In this document: in pieces, positions 17,881 to 28,220 of the stretch
Numbering within the stretch: the stretch's first letter is position 1
How the letters are laid out: the number at the start of each line of letters is the position of its first letter
Assembly (NCBI GenBank): GCA_022828125.1
Contig: JAJEJD010000012.1
Coordinates: 193,309 to 257,308 of the forward strand
Length of the DNA stretch: 64,000 bases
Origin: a bacterium
GTDB taxonomy: Bacteria; UBA8248
Direction of reading: 5' to 3'
Position numbers and translations under genes: made by a program
The notes under the pieces: generated by a model
The model's input: only the letters and a program-made list of their open reading frames with translations
Told to the model about the DNA's origin: nothing
The model's database searches: none

Positions 17881-18730
17881 GACCGAAAACCCCTCTGGGC
17901 CGAAGAACCATGATCGCGGCCACGACCAGGAACAAGACTGCGATGGCCCACTCCGCGATGTAGCCCCCGCCGATGGATTTCGCGAGCGCCACGATGAACG
18001 CCCCCACGGCCGTCCCGGGCAGATGGCCGAGACCGCCCAGGATCACCGCCAGGAACGAGTCGATGATGATGCCCATTCCCATCTCCGGCTCGACGGAAAA
18101 AATGGGAGCGCCCAGCGCGCCCGCGAACGCCGCGAACCCCGCAGCACCCCCGAAGATGCTCGTGAGCAGCCAGCGCGTGTTGATGCCGAGCGCCTCGGCC
18201 ATTTCGTTGTCATCCGTGATGGCGCGAATCTTGAGGCCCACCGCCGTGAACTGGATGAAGACGAAGACCAGCCCCGTCACCAGCAATGACAGCGCCGACG
18301 CAAAGAGCCTGTAGACGGGGAACTGATTGCCGAGGATGTCCACCGTGCCCTGGAAGATGACGGGTGGTTTGATGAGGGTGGTCTCGGTGCCCCAGAGATA
18401 CTCGATTGCGCCCGTGATCATGAAGGAAAGGCCAAACGTCACGAGCAGCGTGTAGATTTCATCCCGGTTCCGGATGGGGGCGATCGTCAGCCATTCCATC
18501 GCGATGGCCAGGGGCACCACCACCAGCGGGGCGAACACCATCGCCCCCCAGCCCAGCGAGGGCAGGAAGATGATGAAGAAATACCCCCCCAGGGCGTAAA
18601 GCACCCCGTGCGCGAAGTTGACGACTCGGCCCAAGCCGAACACCAGGCTCAGGCCGAGACTCGTCAACGCCAGGAACGATCCGTAGATGATCCCGTTCAG
18701 CGAATTGACGAACAAGAAATTCCAATCCAT
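17864..18730 (-). CDS. livH: branched-chain amino acid ABC transporter permease LivH
   Basis: GLSLVFGLGRVVNFAHG... LivH signature; 288 aa. Confidence 0.8.
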   Translation of the reverse strand: MDWNFLFVNSLNGIIYGSFLALTSLGLSLVFGLGRVVNFAHGVLYALGGYFFIIFLPSLGWGAMVFAPLVVVPLAIAMEWLTIAPIRNRDEIYTLLVTFGLSFMITGAIEYLWGTETTLIKPPVIFQGTVDILGNQFPVYRLFASALSLLVTGLVFVFIQFTAVGLKIRAITDDNEMAEALGINTRWLLTSIFGGAAGFAAFAGALGAPIFSVEPEMGMGIIIDSFLAVILGGLGHLPGTAVGAFIVALAKSIGGGYIAEWAIAVLFLVVAAIMVLRPRGVFGRGRIA

Positions 18731-18738
18731 TCCAACCG

Positions 18739-19995
18739 CTATTTCTTCAAATTACAGCCGAGCTTCTTCGCCGGCTCGAGCGTCTTGGACGCGGGAAGCG
18801 CATTGACCGACTGCGCATACATGGCGCCGTACTTCGGCTTCTTGAGCTTCTCGATCCGCCCGAGAATCAGCGCAACCTCCGCCATGCGTCCGTCTTTCTG
18901 GAAGCGCATTCTTCCCGCGGGAGCCTCCACATCGAGCTTCTCGAGCGCCGCGACAATGGCCTTCCCGTCCGTCGAGCCCGCCTTCTCGATGGCGTTGAAC
19001 AGAAGCTGGGCTGCCGTGCCCGCCTGGATGGCCTGCATCCCGGCTACGCGGCCGTGCATCTTGTAGTAGAGCTCGTTGAACTTCTTGGTCGTGGGTATCG
19101 TGTCTTCCAGGCGCCACGCGCTCCACGCGCCCGCCGAGACGATGTGGGTCGACAATTCGCCCAGCTTGGCGATGAGCCAGTCCGGCAGTCCGATGGGCGC
19201 CACGAGGGTCGCCTGCTTGGTCAGGCCGAACTCGTTGGCCTGCTGGATGAACTGCACGAGCGGCGTGCCCAGGGTGACGGGAATGACCACCGCCGTCGCG
19301 CCCGACGCGCGGACCTTCGCGATGAACGGCGCCCAGTCCGTCGTATCGAGCGGCGCGTACGCCTCGCCGACGTAATTCACGCCCTTGACGATCTTGACCG
19401 AGCGCGCCACCCGGCGGCTCCAGGGATAGTCGTGGCCCATCGTGAACCACTTCGCGGCCTTGAACTTCGGGGTATCGTTGATGAGCGAGTCCATCGCCAC
19501 AACGGCCATCTGGGGCGTGGGGTTCGTCTGGAACACCCAGTAGTTGCACTTCTCGCCCGTGATGACGGCCGAGCCGCTGTTCGAGGTGATGATGGGCACG
19601 CGCAGGCGATTCGCCACGGGCAGCAGCGCGAGCGCCTCCAGCGTGCTCGTTCCCAGAATCGCCGTAACCTGGTTTTTCTGGACGAGCTTGGTCGCCTTGG
19701 TGACCGCCACCTGCGCGTTCACCAGGCTGTCCTCGAGGATCAACTCGATGGAACGGCCCATGACGGGTCCGTGCATCTTCACGGCCGTCTGGATGCCCGT
19801 GGTGATCTCGTCACCGATCGGCTTGAGCTTCCCGCTCAGAAACGACAGCACCCCGATTTTGATGGGGTCTTTCTTCGCGGCGAAGGCGGGGGAACTGAAG
19901 GCGGCGACGAGCGCGAAAGACGCTACTATAAACATCACCGCCGGACGAGAAACGCTGAACCATCGCTTTCGGGTATCCGTCGATCTCGTTGCCAT
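18739..19995 (-). CDS. livK: branched-chain amino acid ABC transporter substrate-binding protein (LivK/LivJ family)
   Basis: Start at MATRST with a GGAGG RBS, signal peptide ...AFAAKKDPIKIGVLSFLSG. The ORF track extends upstream to 20445, which I reject. Confidence 0.8.
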   Translation of the reverse strand: MATRSTDTRKRWFSVSRPAVMFIVASFALVAAFSSPAFAAKKDPIKIGVLSFLSGKLKPIGDEITTGIQTAVKMHGPVMGRSIELILEDSLVNAQVAVTKATKLVQKNQVTAILGTSTLEALALLPVANRLRVPIITSNSGSAVITGEKCNYWVFQTNPTPQMAVVAMDSLINDTPKFKAAKWFTMGHDYPWSRRVARSVKIVKGVNYVGEAYAPLDTTDWAPFIAKVRASGATAVVIPVTLGTPLVQFIQQANEFGLTKQATLVAPIGLPDWLIAKLGELSTHIVSAGAWSAWRLEDTIPTTKKFNELYYKMHGRVAGMQAIQAGTAAQLLFNAIEKAGSTDGKAIVAALEKLDVEAPAGRMRFQKDGRMAEVALILGRIEKLKKPKYGAMYAQSVNALPASKTLEPAKKLGCNLKK

Positions 19996-20398
19996 TACAT
20001 GATCCTCCCTGGCTTCCGATTCCGTGGACTCAGAGTGCGGACGCAGGGGCCTACCCGTTTCCGCACGTACAAGAGAAGAAAGATTGAACCCTTCCCCCGG
20101 AATAATTCCGGTGCGGTTCACGTAAGCAACATGGCGAGATATATAGCCGTAATATACAGGATGGCCCCTGCATGCACAACAAGCAAAAAACGAGGCCCGG
20201 GACCGCCCGGTGCGCCTTGTCCTCCACACGGCGAGTCCGGGCGAGGATGCGCGAGCAGGAAAACGAGCGGGTGTAACGCTATGAATCAGGGGTCGTTTCG
20301 GCGTAATCTTCCCGAACCGACGAAACGCGCCCGCCGAAAACGGGTATGACGCCTGAAACGGATTCCGGCCAGAAGCATTTGCCAGGGAGAAATTCGAG

Positions 20399-21247
20399 TT
20401 GCTTCCAAGGTTCATCATATTCGCGCTTTTCGCGCTGTTCCTCATCGGCGTGGCGGACTACGTGTACGGGCGCGCGGTCAGAAACAAGATTTTGCCGGGC
20501 ACGATCACGGCCTCGCAGTCGAGCATCGTCGTTCCCGTCACGTGGATCTGGGCGTATTACGAGGGCAGCTACGTCTGGACGCCTCCCGCCTTTCTGGGCA
20601 TCGGCGCCGCTTTTTTTACATTCATCGGCTTCTGGAGCTTCATGAGAAGCGTGGAACTCGGAGAGACGAGCGCCAGCACGCCCATCTACCGGATGAGTTT
20701 CGTCGTCACCGCCATGCTCGCCGTCTGGTTTCTGAGTGAATCCATCACGCTCCCCAAAATCGCAGGCCTCATCCTCACCGGCTGCGCCATTTTCCTGTTC
20801 TCGGATTTTCACCGCGGGAGTTTCTCTGCCGACAAGCTCGCCTCCGTCCTGTGGGCCGTCGTGGCGATGGTGGCCGTCGGCCTCGTTAATTTCATCTACA
20901 AGCTCGGCGTCTCCGGCGGGGTGGCGCCGATCATGTTTTTGCACAGCCAGGCGGTTTTCTTCATCACCACCGCGTACATCTACTCGTTCGCCGTGCAGGG
21001 GGGGCCGCAATTCTCGAAAAAAGGCTGGGCGCACGGACTCGCGACCGCCGTCTGCTTCATATTCGGGAACACCTCGCTGCTGGCCGCGTTCAGGGAGGGT
21101 GAGGCCACCATCGTCTCGCCGATCGTGCAGTTGAGCTTCATCGTGACCACAATCCTGGCCACCTGGCGGCTGTCCGAAAAGATGACGGCGAGAAAGCTTC
21201 TGGGGCTGGCCGCCGCGGTGGGAACCATCGTCGCCTTCACGCAGTAA
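20399..21247 (+). CDS. EamA/DMT family transporter
   Basis: 10-helix hydrophobic protein with a duplicated EamA-like halves pattern. Confidence 0.6.
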   Translation: MLPRFIIFALFALFLIGVADYVYGRAVRNKILPGTITASQSSIVVPVTWIWAYYEGSYVWTPPAFLGIGAAFFTFIGFWSFMRSVELGETSASTPIYRMSFVVTAMLAVWFLSESITLPKIAGLILTGCAIFLFSDFHRGSFSADKLASVLWAVVAMVAVGLVNFIYKLGVSGGVAPIMFLHSQAVFFITTAYIYSFAVQGGPQFSKKGWAHGLATAVCFIFGNTSLLAAFREGEATIVSPIVQLSFIVTTILATWRLSEKMTARKLLGLAAAVGTIVAFTQ

Positions 21248-21295
21248 CGCGGGCAGCCGGCGGTTCCATTACCCGGGCGGGGGATGCGGGGGAGT

Positions 21296-22888
21296 TCAGG
21301 GAGAAGCCGCGGAGGATACCGCTTCGGCGCTTCGCATCAGTCGCTGCGCATCGAGCGCCGCCCGGCGAAGCGCTGCCACGTTCGCGCTCCCGGCGTCCTT
21401 CAAGACGGCCACCGCCAGCTCGAGGACGGTGTCTTTTTTCTTTTCCTCCGTCTTATCCTCTTTCTTGTAGAGCGAAGACTTCATCTCTCGCCTTCGCTCG
21501 CGGATCTCCTTTTTGGTGGCCGGCTGAGGCCCCGCCTCGATGTCGGGCTTGATGCCCTTCTCGTGAATCAGGCGGCCGAGCGGGGTGTAGTATTTCGCCG
21601 TCGTCAGCCGGACCGCCGCCTCGCCCCTCGTGGGGATGATGGCCTGAACGGAGCCCTTGCCGAAGCTGGTCCTGCCGATGATGAGGGCGCGATCCAAGTC
21701 CTGCAGGGCGCCGGCCACGATTTCGGAAGCGCTCGCGCTGCCCTTGTTGATCAGCACGACCAGGGGCCTGTCCACCCATACGCCGCTGCCGCGAGAGCGG
21801 AAATACACCGTCTCGCTGCGCCTCCGTCCCCGGGTGAAGACGACCATGCTGCCATCGGGCAGGAAGCGTTCGGAGACCTGGACGGACTGGCGGAGAAAAC
21901 CACCCGGGTTGTCGCGCAGGTCGAGTACGATCCCCCGCACCTTCTTGCGAATCAAATCGTTGAGGCCCACGTCCAGTTCCTGCGTCGTGCGGCCATGAAA
22001 CGCCGTTACCCGCAGATAGCCGATCCCGCCCTCTTTCACCTCCGTCTTCACGCTTTTAATGCTGATGATCGCGCGGCGCAGCGTCACGTTGCGGGGCTCG
22101 GGCCAACTCGCGCGCGAGATCAGCAAATCCACCGTCTGGCCCGCGGGCCCTCTCATGCGTCGCACGACTTCTGAGAGCGGCATGTCCGCCGTGGGCGCGT
22201 CGTCGATTTTCAGAATCACGTCCTCGGACTTGAGTCCCGCCCGATGCGCGGGCGTGTCATCGATGGGCGATATGATGGTGAGCTTCTTCTCCCGCACCGT
22301 GATGATGACGCCCACCCCGCCGTAGCGGCCCGTATGCTCCACCCGCATTTGCCTGTAGGCCTCGGGCGTGACGAACGTGCTGAACGGATCCAGGGAACGC
22401 AGCATGGAAGAGAGCGCGGCGTACATGACTTCCAATCCGCCCTTCTTTTTCTTCTCCGAATCCCCGGCGTTCTCCACCGCGAACCGATAGGCGCGCTCGA
22501 ACCCGCCCAGCCCGCCGACGGTGTCTCCCCGGAGGCGAACGAGCAACTCCTTCTCCCCCGCCTTGAGGAGAACCTCGTCTCCCGCCTTCTCCTCGAAATC
22601 GAAGCGCCCCTCGCCCGCGCTTTTCTTGAGGCCCTCCAGGCCCGCGACGTACATTTTCCGGAAATCGGGGGTGCGCGCGTAGCTATGATCCACCTTCTCC
22701 ATGACCTCATACAGCAGGGCGATGGCCTCTTCCTGATCGCCGGAGAGCGAAAAGACGAGGCTCGCGGAGAGCACCGCCGCTGAAAGTATGAGGCATATCG
22801 TGAGATGCTTCGCGCGCCGTACGCCCGGTGCGCGCGAGCGGAGAAGACGGAAAAAGCGGATGCGCCTAATCGACATGGGCCGTTCCAA
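21296..22888 (-). CDS. ctpA: S41 family C-terminal processing peptidase with PDZ domain
   Basis: PDZ region (GLKSEDVILKIDD), S41 catalytic region VVLINKGSASASEIVAGALQD...GRTSFGKGSVQ. Confidence 0.8.
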   Translation of the reverse strand: MERPMSIRRIRFFRLLRSRAPGVRRAKHLTICLILSAAVLSASLVFSLSGDQEEAIALLYEVMEKVDHSYARTPDFRKMYVAGLEGLKKSAGEGRFDFEEKAGDEVLLKAGEKELLVRLRGDTVGGLGGFERAYRFAVENAGDSEKKKKGGLEVMYAALSSMLRSLDPFSTFVTPEAYRQMRVEHTGRYGGVGVIITVREKKLTIISPIDDTPAHRAGLKSEDVILKIDDAPTADMPLSEVVRRMRGPAGQTVDLLISRASWPEPRNVTLRRAIISIKSVKTEVKEGGIGYLRVTAFHGRTTQELDVGLNDLIRKKVRGIVLDLRDNPGGFLRQSVQVSERFLPDGSMVVFTRGRRRSETVYFRSRGSGVWVDRPLVVLINKGSASASEIVAGALQDLDRALIIGRTSFGKGSVQAIIPTRGEAAVRLTTAKYYTPLGRLIHEKGIKPDIEAGPQPATKKEIRERRREMKSSLYKKEDKTEEKKKDTVLELAVAVLKDAGSANVAALRRAALDAQRLMRSAEAVSSAASP

Positions 22889-22973
22889 TCGTTAGGGTTG
22901 ATCGGGTGGCGTCACAGCAAGAACATCATAGCATAGCCGGGCGGAATGCACCGCCCCGGCACTTTTTCGAGAA

Positions 22974-23681
22974 ATGCCGGTTCCAGAGAGGGATTCTGCG
23001 ATGATCTCCATCGTCGTGCCCGTACTGAACGAAGCGCCGCGTCTGCCCGCCATGTTCGAGATGCTCGGCGCCCAGCCGGGAGAGAAGCAGGTAATCCTCG
23101 CCGACGGGGGCAGCGCGGACGACACCCAAGCCGTGGCGGACGGGCGCGCCCTGATCGTCGAGTCCGAGCCCGGCCGCGCGCGCCAGATGAACGCGGGCGC
23201 CGCTTTGGCGGAAGGCGAGACGATCCTGTTTCTTCACTGCGACACGGAACTGCCGCCTGGAGCCTTAAGGGAGATCGCAGACGTCATGCGCGGGGGCGAC
23301 GTGGCGGGCGGGGGCTTTCTCCACAGCTTCGACCGCGAGGACCGCTTCAGCCGCTTCATCAGCTTCAGCGCCAACGCGCGCGCGAAAATCGCGAAACGCT
23401 TCCTGGGCGACCAGTGCATCTTCATCCGGCGCGAGGCCTTCGAGCGCATGGGTGGCTACGCCGACATGCCCCTGTTCGAGGACTGGGACCTGAGCAGGCG
23501 CATGCGAGCGTTCGGGCGGGTGGCCGTCATCGAGACGCCCGTCGTCACGAGCGGGCGGCGCATCGACGTCTGGGGCAAGCCCAAGTGCCTCATCATCTGG
23601 TGGGGGCTGAGCATCCTCTTCGCGCTGGGGGTATCGGCGGAGCGCCTCGCCCGGTATTACGCCCACGTGCGCGACGCGTGA
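22974..23681 (+). CDS. glycosyltransferase family 2 protein
   Basis: ISIVVPVLNEA...ILADGGSAD GT2 N-terminal motif; 235 aa. Confidence 0.7.
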   Translation: MPVPERDSAMISIVVPVLNEAPRLPAMFEMLGAQPGEKQVILADGGSADDTQAVADGRALIVESEPGRARQMNAGAALAEGETILFLHCDTELPPGALREIADVMRGGDVAGGGFLHSFDREDRFSRFISFSANARAKIAKRFLGDQCIFIRREAFERMGGYADMPLFEDWDLSRRMRAFGRVAVIETPVVTSGRRIDVWGKPKCLIIWWGLSILFALGVSAERLARYYAHVRDA

Positions 23682-23824
23682 CGCGCATTTTCACCCGCGG
23701 CCTCCTTGCGTCCCACTGCCCAGGGGATGATATATTGCGCCTGAAATCATCATCCATTCGCAGATAGCGATTCGAAAATCTCATCCGCAGGGATCAGAGC
23801 GCGGATGAGCGCGGGAGGCGAGGA

Positions 23825-25891
23825 ATGCGATTCGCGGTCGATACGGGCGGGACCTTCACCGACCTGGTGCTCGAGGACAACCGGGGCCGCCTCCACATGT
23901 TCAAGGCCCCCACGACGCCCCAGGACCCGGTGGAGGGCATTCTCGCGGCGATAGAGTCGGCAGCCGTTGCGCTCTCGACGAGCACCGAAGAACTCCTCGC
24001 CCAGGGCGAGCTCTTCATCCACGGCACCACCCACGCCACGAACGCCATCGTGACGGGGAACACCGCGAAGACCGCCTTCCTCACCACGAAGGGCCACCCC
24101 GACATCCTCGTGCTGCGCGAGGGCGGGCGCATGGAGCCGTTCAACTTCCTGGTGCCCTTCCCCAAACCCTACATCCCGCGCGCGCTCACCTACGAGGTGC
24201 CCGAGCGCATCGGCGCCGACGGCAGCGTCTATGAGCCGCTCGATGAGGCGGGCGTCATCAATATCATCGAGGAGCTCAAAGAAAAAGAAGTGGAGGCGGT
24301 GGCCGTCTCTCTCCTGTGGTCCACCGTGAACCCTCAGCATGAAATCGGCGTGGGACGCCTGCTCAAAAAACACTTGAAGGGCGTGCCATACACCTTATCT
24401 CATGTCCTCAACCCGATTCTCCGCGAATACCGCCGGGCGTCTTCCACCTGCATCGACGCATCGCTCAAGCCCCTGATGTCGCGCTACATCGGCGGTTTGC
24501 AGGAGCGGCTGGCCGCGGCGGGCTTCGCCGGAAGGCTCCTGATGCTGACTTCCAAGGGCGGCGTGATGGACGCGGGCGAACTCGCCGAAGCGCCCATCCA
24601 CTCGGTGGGTTCGGGGCCTTCGATGGCGCCCATCGCGGGCAGGCACTTCTCCCGCGCCGACGCCAGGGCCGCGACGGCGATAGTGGCCGACACCGGCGGC
24701 ACCACCTACGACGTGAGCCTCGTGCGCCGGGGCGAGATACCCATGTCGCCCGAAACCTGGCTCGGCCAGCGTTACCGGGGCCACATACTGGGCTTCCCCT
24801 CGGTCGACGTGAAGAGCATCGGCGCGGGCGGCGGCAGCATCGCCTGGGTGGATGAGGGCGGACTCCTGCACGTCGGCCCCCAGAGCGCGGGCGCGGAGCC
24901 GGGGCCGGCCTGCTACGGCCGGGGCGGAACGCGCCCCACCTTGACGGACGCATCTTTGGTGCTCGGCCACATCGACCCGGACTATTTCCTGGGCGGCGCG
25001 ATGACGCTCAACACTTCCGAAGCCGAGAAGGCCATCTCGAAAAACGTGGCCGAACCGCTGGGGCTATCTCTTCAGGAGGCGGCCTCGGCCATTTTGAGAC
25101 TGGCGACGGAGAACATGGTGGGCGCGATCGAGGAGATCACCATCCACCAGGGCATCGACCCCAGGGGCGCGGTGCTCATCGGCGGCGGCGGTGCTGCGGG
25201 CTTGAACTCGGTCGCCATCGCCAAGCGCCTGGGCTGCCAGGGCCTCGTGATTCCGGAAGTCGGCGCGGCGCTATCGGCCGCGGGCGCGATGATGAGCGAC
25301 CTGCACGCCGATTACCGCTCGATGTTCTTCACCATCACGGACCGGTTCGACTTCAAGGGCGCGAACGCGACCCTGAGAACGCTCGGCGACAGGTGCCGCG
25401 CGTTCATCAAAGGCCCCGGCAAGGGGGCGGTGGAGAGCGCAACGGAGTTCTACGTCGAGGCGCGCTACAAGCACCAGATCTGGGAGATCGACCTGGGGCT
25501 GCCCATCAACCGCTTCCGCTCGAAAAAAGACGTGGAGCGCACGCGGGCGGCGTTCGACGAAGTGCACGAGGAGGTGTTCGCCTTCCGCGATCCCTCATCC
25601 GAGGTCGAATTCGTCGGCTGGCGCGCCGTGGCGCGGTGCAAACTGAGAAAGGGCCGCTTCGGCAGGCTCGTCCGCGAGGCGATCCACGAGACGACGCTGC
25701 CCAAGCGGCGCGAAGCCTACTTCGCGGGCAAGGGACTCGTGAACGCCCGCGTGGCGGCGTTCGATTCCATGAAGCCGGGCGAGGCGATGCGAGGCCCCGC
25801 CATCATCGAATCGCCGTTCACGACGGTGGTCATCGACCCCGGCGCAAAGGCCGAGCGCACGAGAAGCGGCAGTCTGTTCATTACGCTCTAG
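23825..25891 (+). CDS. hyuA: hydantoinase/oxoprolinase A family protein
   Basis: MRFAVDTGGTFTDLVL start and the ADTGGTTYDVSLV second ATP-binding motif; 688 aa. Confidence 0.85.
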   Translation: MRFAVDTGGTFTDLVLEDNRGRLHMFKAPTTPQDPVEGILAAIESAAVALSTSTEELLAQGELFIHGTTHATNAIVTGNTAKTAFLTTKGHPDILVLREGGRMEPFNFLVPFPKPYIPRALTYEVPERIGADGSVYEPLDEAGVINIIEELKEKEVEAVAVSLLWSTVNPQHEIGVGRLLKKHLKGVPYTLSHVLNPILREYRRASSTCIDASLKPLMSRYIGGLQERLAAAGFAGRLLMLTSKGGVMDAGELAEAPIHSVGSGPSMAPIAGRHFSRADARAATAIVADTGGTTYDVSLVRRGEIPMSPETWLGQRYRGHILGFPSVDVKSIGAGGGSIAWVDEGGLLHVGPQSAGAEPGPACYGRGGTRPTLTDASLVLGHIDPDYFLGGAMTLNTSEAEKAISKNVAEPLGLSLQEAASAILRLATENMVGAIEEITIHQGIDPRGAVLIGGGGAAGLNSVAIAKRLGCQGLVIPEVGAALSAAGAMMSDLHADYRSMFFTITDRFDFKGANATLRTLGDRCRAFIKGPGKGAVESATEFYVEARYKHQIWEIDLGLPINRFRSKKDVERTRAAFDEVHEEVFAFRDPSSEVEFVGWRAVARCKLRKGRFGRLVREAIHETTLPKRREAYFAGKGLVNARVAAFDSMKPGEAMRGPAIIESPFTTVVIDPGAKAERTRSGSLFITL

Positions 25892-25900
25892 GAGCAGGAT

Positions 25901-27703
25901 ATGGCGAGAGCAGCAACGAGACGCGCGAAGCGAAAGACGAAACTCGATCCCATCACACTGGCCGTGCTGCACAAGCGCTTCGACGCCGTGACGACCAAGA
26001 TGGCGAACACGCTCCTGCGCACGGGCCGCTCGGGCGTGCTGAACCTCGCGCGCGATTTCTCGACCTCCGTGGTGACGCGCGAGTGCGAACTGCTGACGGG
26101 CGCGGAATCACTGCCCATCCACCACCTCAGCGGCGCGGACCTGATGGCCCGCTCGATGATGGACCTACACCCCGACCTCAAGCGCGGCGACGCCTATCTG
26201 CACAACTCGCCCTACCACGGCTGCTCGCACCCGGCGGACCACACCATCCTCGTGCCCGTCATCGACAAGCGGGGCGAGCACCAGTTCACCGTGTGGGTGA
26301 AGGCCCACCAGGCGGATTGCGGGTGCAGCCAGCCCACCACCTACATGGGCCACGCGCGCGATGTCTATGAAGAGGGCGCGCTCATCTTCCCGCCCACCAA
26401 GGTGCAGACGAACTACGAGGACAACGAGGACTTCATCAACTTCTGCCGGATGCGCATCCGCGTGCCCGAGCAGTGGTACGGCGACTATCTCGCGATGATT
26501 GGTGCTGCGCGCATCGGCGAGCGCGAGGTGCTCGCCATGGGCGATGAATACGGCTGGGAGACGCTGCACGATTTCTCGAAGGAGTGGTTCGACTACAGCG
26601 AGAAGCTCATGGTCTCCGCCATCAAAAAACTCCCCACGGGCGAGGCCACCGCCCACAGCACGCACGACCCCGTGCCCGGCACGCCCGAGGAGGGCATCCC
26701 CATCACCGCGCACGTGCGGATCGACAACAAAAAGGCCACCATCGAGGTGGACTTGCGCGACAACCCCGACGCCATGCCCTGCGGCCTGAACCTGAGCGAG
26801 GCCTGCGCACGCACCGGCGCGATGATCGGCGTGTTCAACAGCATCGACGACATCGTGCCCACGAACGCGGGCAGCTTCCGCCGGATCAACGTGCTCATCC
26901 GCGACGGCTCGGTCGCGGGCGGCGGCAAGCACCCCACTTCGATGTCCGTGGCCACCACCAACCTCGCCGACCGCGTGACGAACCCGGTGCAGCGCGCGTT
27001 CTCGAAGATTCAGGACGGCATCGGCCTGGCGGAATGCGGGCCGATTTTCCCGGCGTCGATGGGCGTCATCTCGGGCTTCGACCCCAGGAACGACAACGAG
27101 CCCTTCGTGAACCACCTCTTTTTAATGGTTACCGGCGGCGCGGGCGCGGGCAAGACCGACGCCTGGCTCACCATCCTGCACGCGGGCAACGCCGGCATGT
27201 GCTTCGTGGACAGCATCGAACTGGACGAACTCCACTTCCCCATCTACATCAAGACGCGCAGGCTCATGCCCGACACCGAGGGCGCGGGCCGGACGATAGG
27301 CGCGCCTTCGGGCTATTGCGAATACGGCCCCGTGGGAGGCGGCGATCTCGAGGTCGTCTACGTGTCCGACGGCGCGATAAACGCTTCGAAAGGCACGCTC
27401 GGCGGGCTGAACGGGGCGGCTTGCAAGAATTTCCTCATGCGCGAGGACGGCTCTCTGGAGGATCTCCCCGCCTGTGCTGACATCATCTTAAAGCCCGGCG
27501 AGAACGTGGCGTCCTACTGTACGGGCGGGGGCGGCTACGGCCCGCCGCACGAGCGGCCCGTCGAGAAGGTGCGCGAGGACGTGGAGGAGAAGTGGATCAC
27601 CAAAGAGCGCGCCTGGAAGGTCTACGGCGTCGCGGTCGACGACGCGGGCCAGGTGGATGCGGCCAGAACCAGGCGGAAACGGAACCGGTTGAGTAACAAG
27701 TAG
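25901..27703 (+). CDS. hyuB: hydantoinase B/oxoprolinase family protein
   Basis: 600 aa; the HyuB-type DPITLAVLHKRFDAVTTKMANTLLRTGRSGVLNLARDFSTSV block. Adjacent to hyuA with a 9 bp gap. Confidence 0.85.
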   Translation: MARAATRRAKRKTKLDPITLAVLHKRFDAVTTKMANTLLRTGRSGVLNLARDFSTSVVTRECELLTGAESLPIHHLSGADLMARSMMDLHPDLKRGDAYLHNSPYHGCSHPADHTILVPVIDKRGEHQFTVWVKAHQADCGCSQPTTYMGHARDVYEEGALIFPPTKVQTNYEDNEDFINFCRMRIRVPEQWYGDYLAMIGAARIGEREVLAMGDEYGWETLHDFSKEWFDYSEKLMVSAIKKLPTGEATAHSTHDPVPGTPEEGIPITAHVRIDNKKATIEVDLRDNPDAMPCGLNLSEACARTGAMIGVFNSIDDIVPTNAGSFRRINVLIRDGSVAGGGKHPTSMSVATTNLADRVTNPVQRAFSKIQDGIGLAECGPIFPASMGVISGFDPRNDNEPFVNHLFLMVTGGAGAGKTDAWLTILHAGNAGMCFVDSIELDELHFPIYIKTRRLMPDTEGAGRTIGAPSGYCEYGPVGGGDLEVVYVSDGAINASKGTLGGLNGAACKNFLMREDGSLEDLPACADIILKPGENVASYCTGGGGYGPPHERPVEKVREDVEEKWITKERAWKVYGVAVDDAGQVDAARTRRKRNRLSNK

Positions 27704-27740
27704 AGAAATTCGATTGACATAACAGGGGCGGTTCACGAAC

Positions 27741-27862
27741 TGTGGGGCGACCACAGGGGTCGCCCCTACGAATTCCTGTAATATCACCGTAGGGGCGGAC
27801 CCGTGTGTCCGCCCGCTTTTCGTGCGTGATCGTCATTCCGGCGAAGGCCGGAATGACGATAC
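27741..27862. repeat. cluster of palindromic repeat units (R3 GTAGGGG-type x2, plus R2 GATCGTCATTCCGGCgaagGCCGGAATGACGAT)
   Basis: tgtggggcgaccacaggggtcgcccctac; gtaggggcggacccgtgtgtccgcccgc; gatcgtcattccggcgaaggccggaatgacgat. Confidence 0.8.
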
Positions 27863-27934
27863 TCAGCGCAAGGAATGGTATACGTGCGTCCCCTTCGTGC
27901 GCGCTCCTCTTCCACCTCGCGCCACCTGAAACCT

Positions 27935-27962
27935 TTGCGTGAATACCAAATTTTGGTATAAT
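27935..27962 (+). promoter_or_regulatory. sigma70-type promoter: -35 TTGCGT, 16 bp spacer, -10 TATAAT
   Basis: ttgcgtgaataccaaattttggtataat, followed by a GGAGG RBS and the parD ATG at 27984. Confidence 0.6.
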
Positions 27963-27983
27963 GGGCGCGAAGGAGGAATAACC

Positions 27984-28220
27984 ATGCCGAGAAATACGTC
28001 GGTTTCGCTCGGAGAGCACTTCGTGGGTTTCATCGACGAACGGGTCGCGTCGGGCCGCTACAACTCGGCGAGCGACGTGGTGCGCGCCGGACTGCGCCTG
28101 CTCGAAGAACACGAAGCCAGGGTGGAAGCCCTGCGCGAGGCGCTCATCGAAGGCGAGGAGTCCGGCCGGGCGACACCGTTTGATTTCGACGCGTTCATCG
28201 CCAGCAAGAAATCCACCTGA
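27984..28220 (+). CDS. parD: type II antitoxin, ParD/CopG ribbon-helix-helix family; no cognate toxin adjacent
   Basis: MPRNTSVSLGEHFVGFIDERVASGRYNSASDVVRAGLRLLEEHEARVEALREAL is a classic ParD sequence. Downstream is a repeat-filled intergenic region rather than parE. Confidence 0.75.
   Translation: MPRNTSVSLGEHFVGFIDERVASGRYNSASDVVRAGLRLLEEHEARVEALREALIEGEESGRATPFDFDAFIASKKST

Noticed and set aside
19996-20445. N-terminal 150 aa extension of the livK ORF
   Set aside because: The true start MATRST has a GGAGG RBS and is followed directly by a signal peptide. The extension is non-protein-like.
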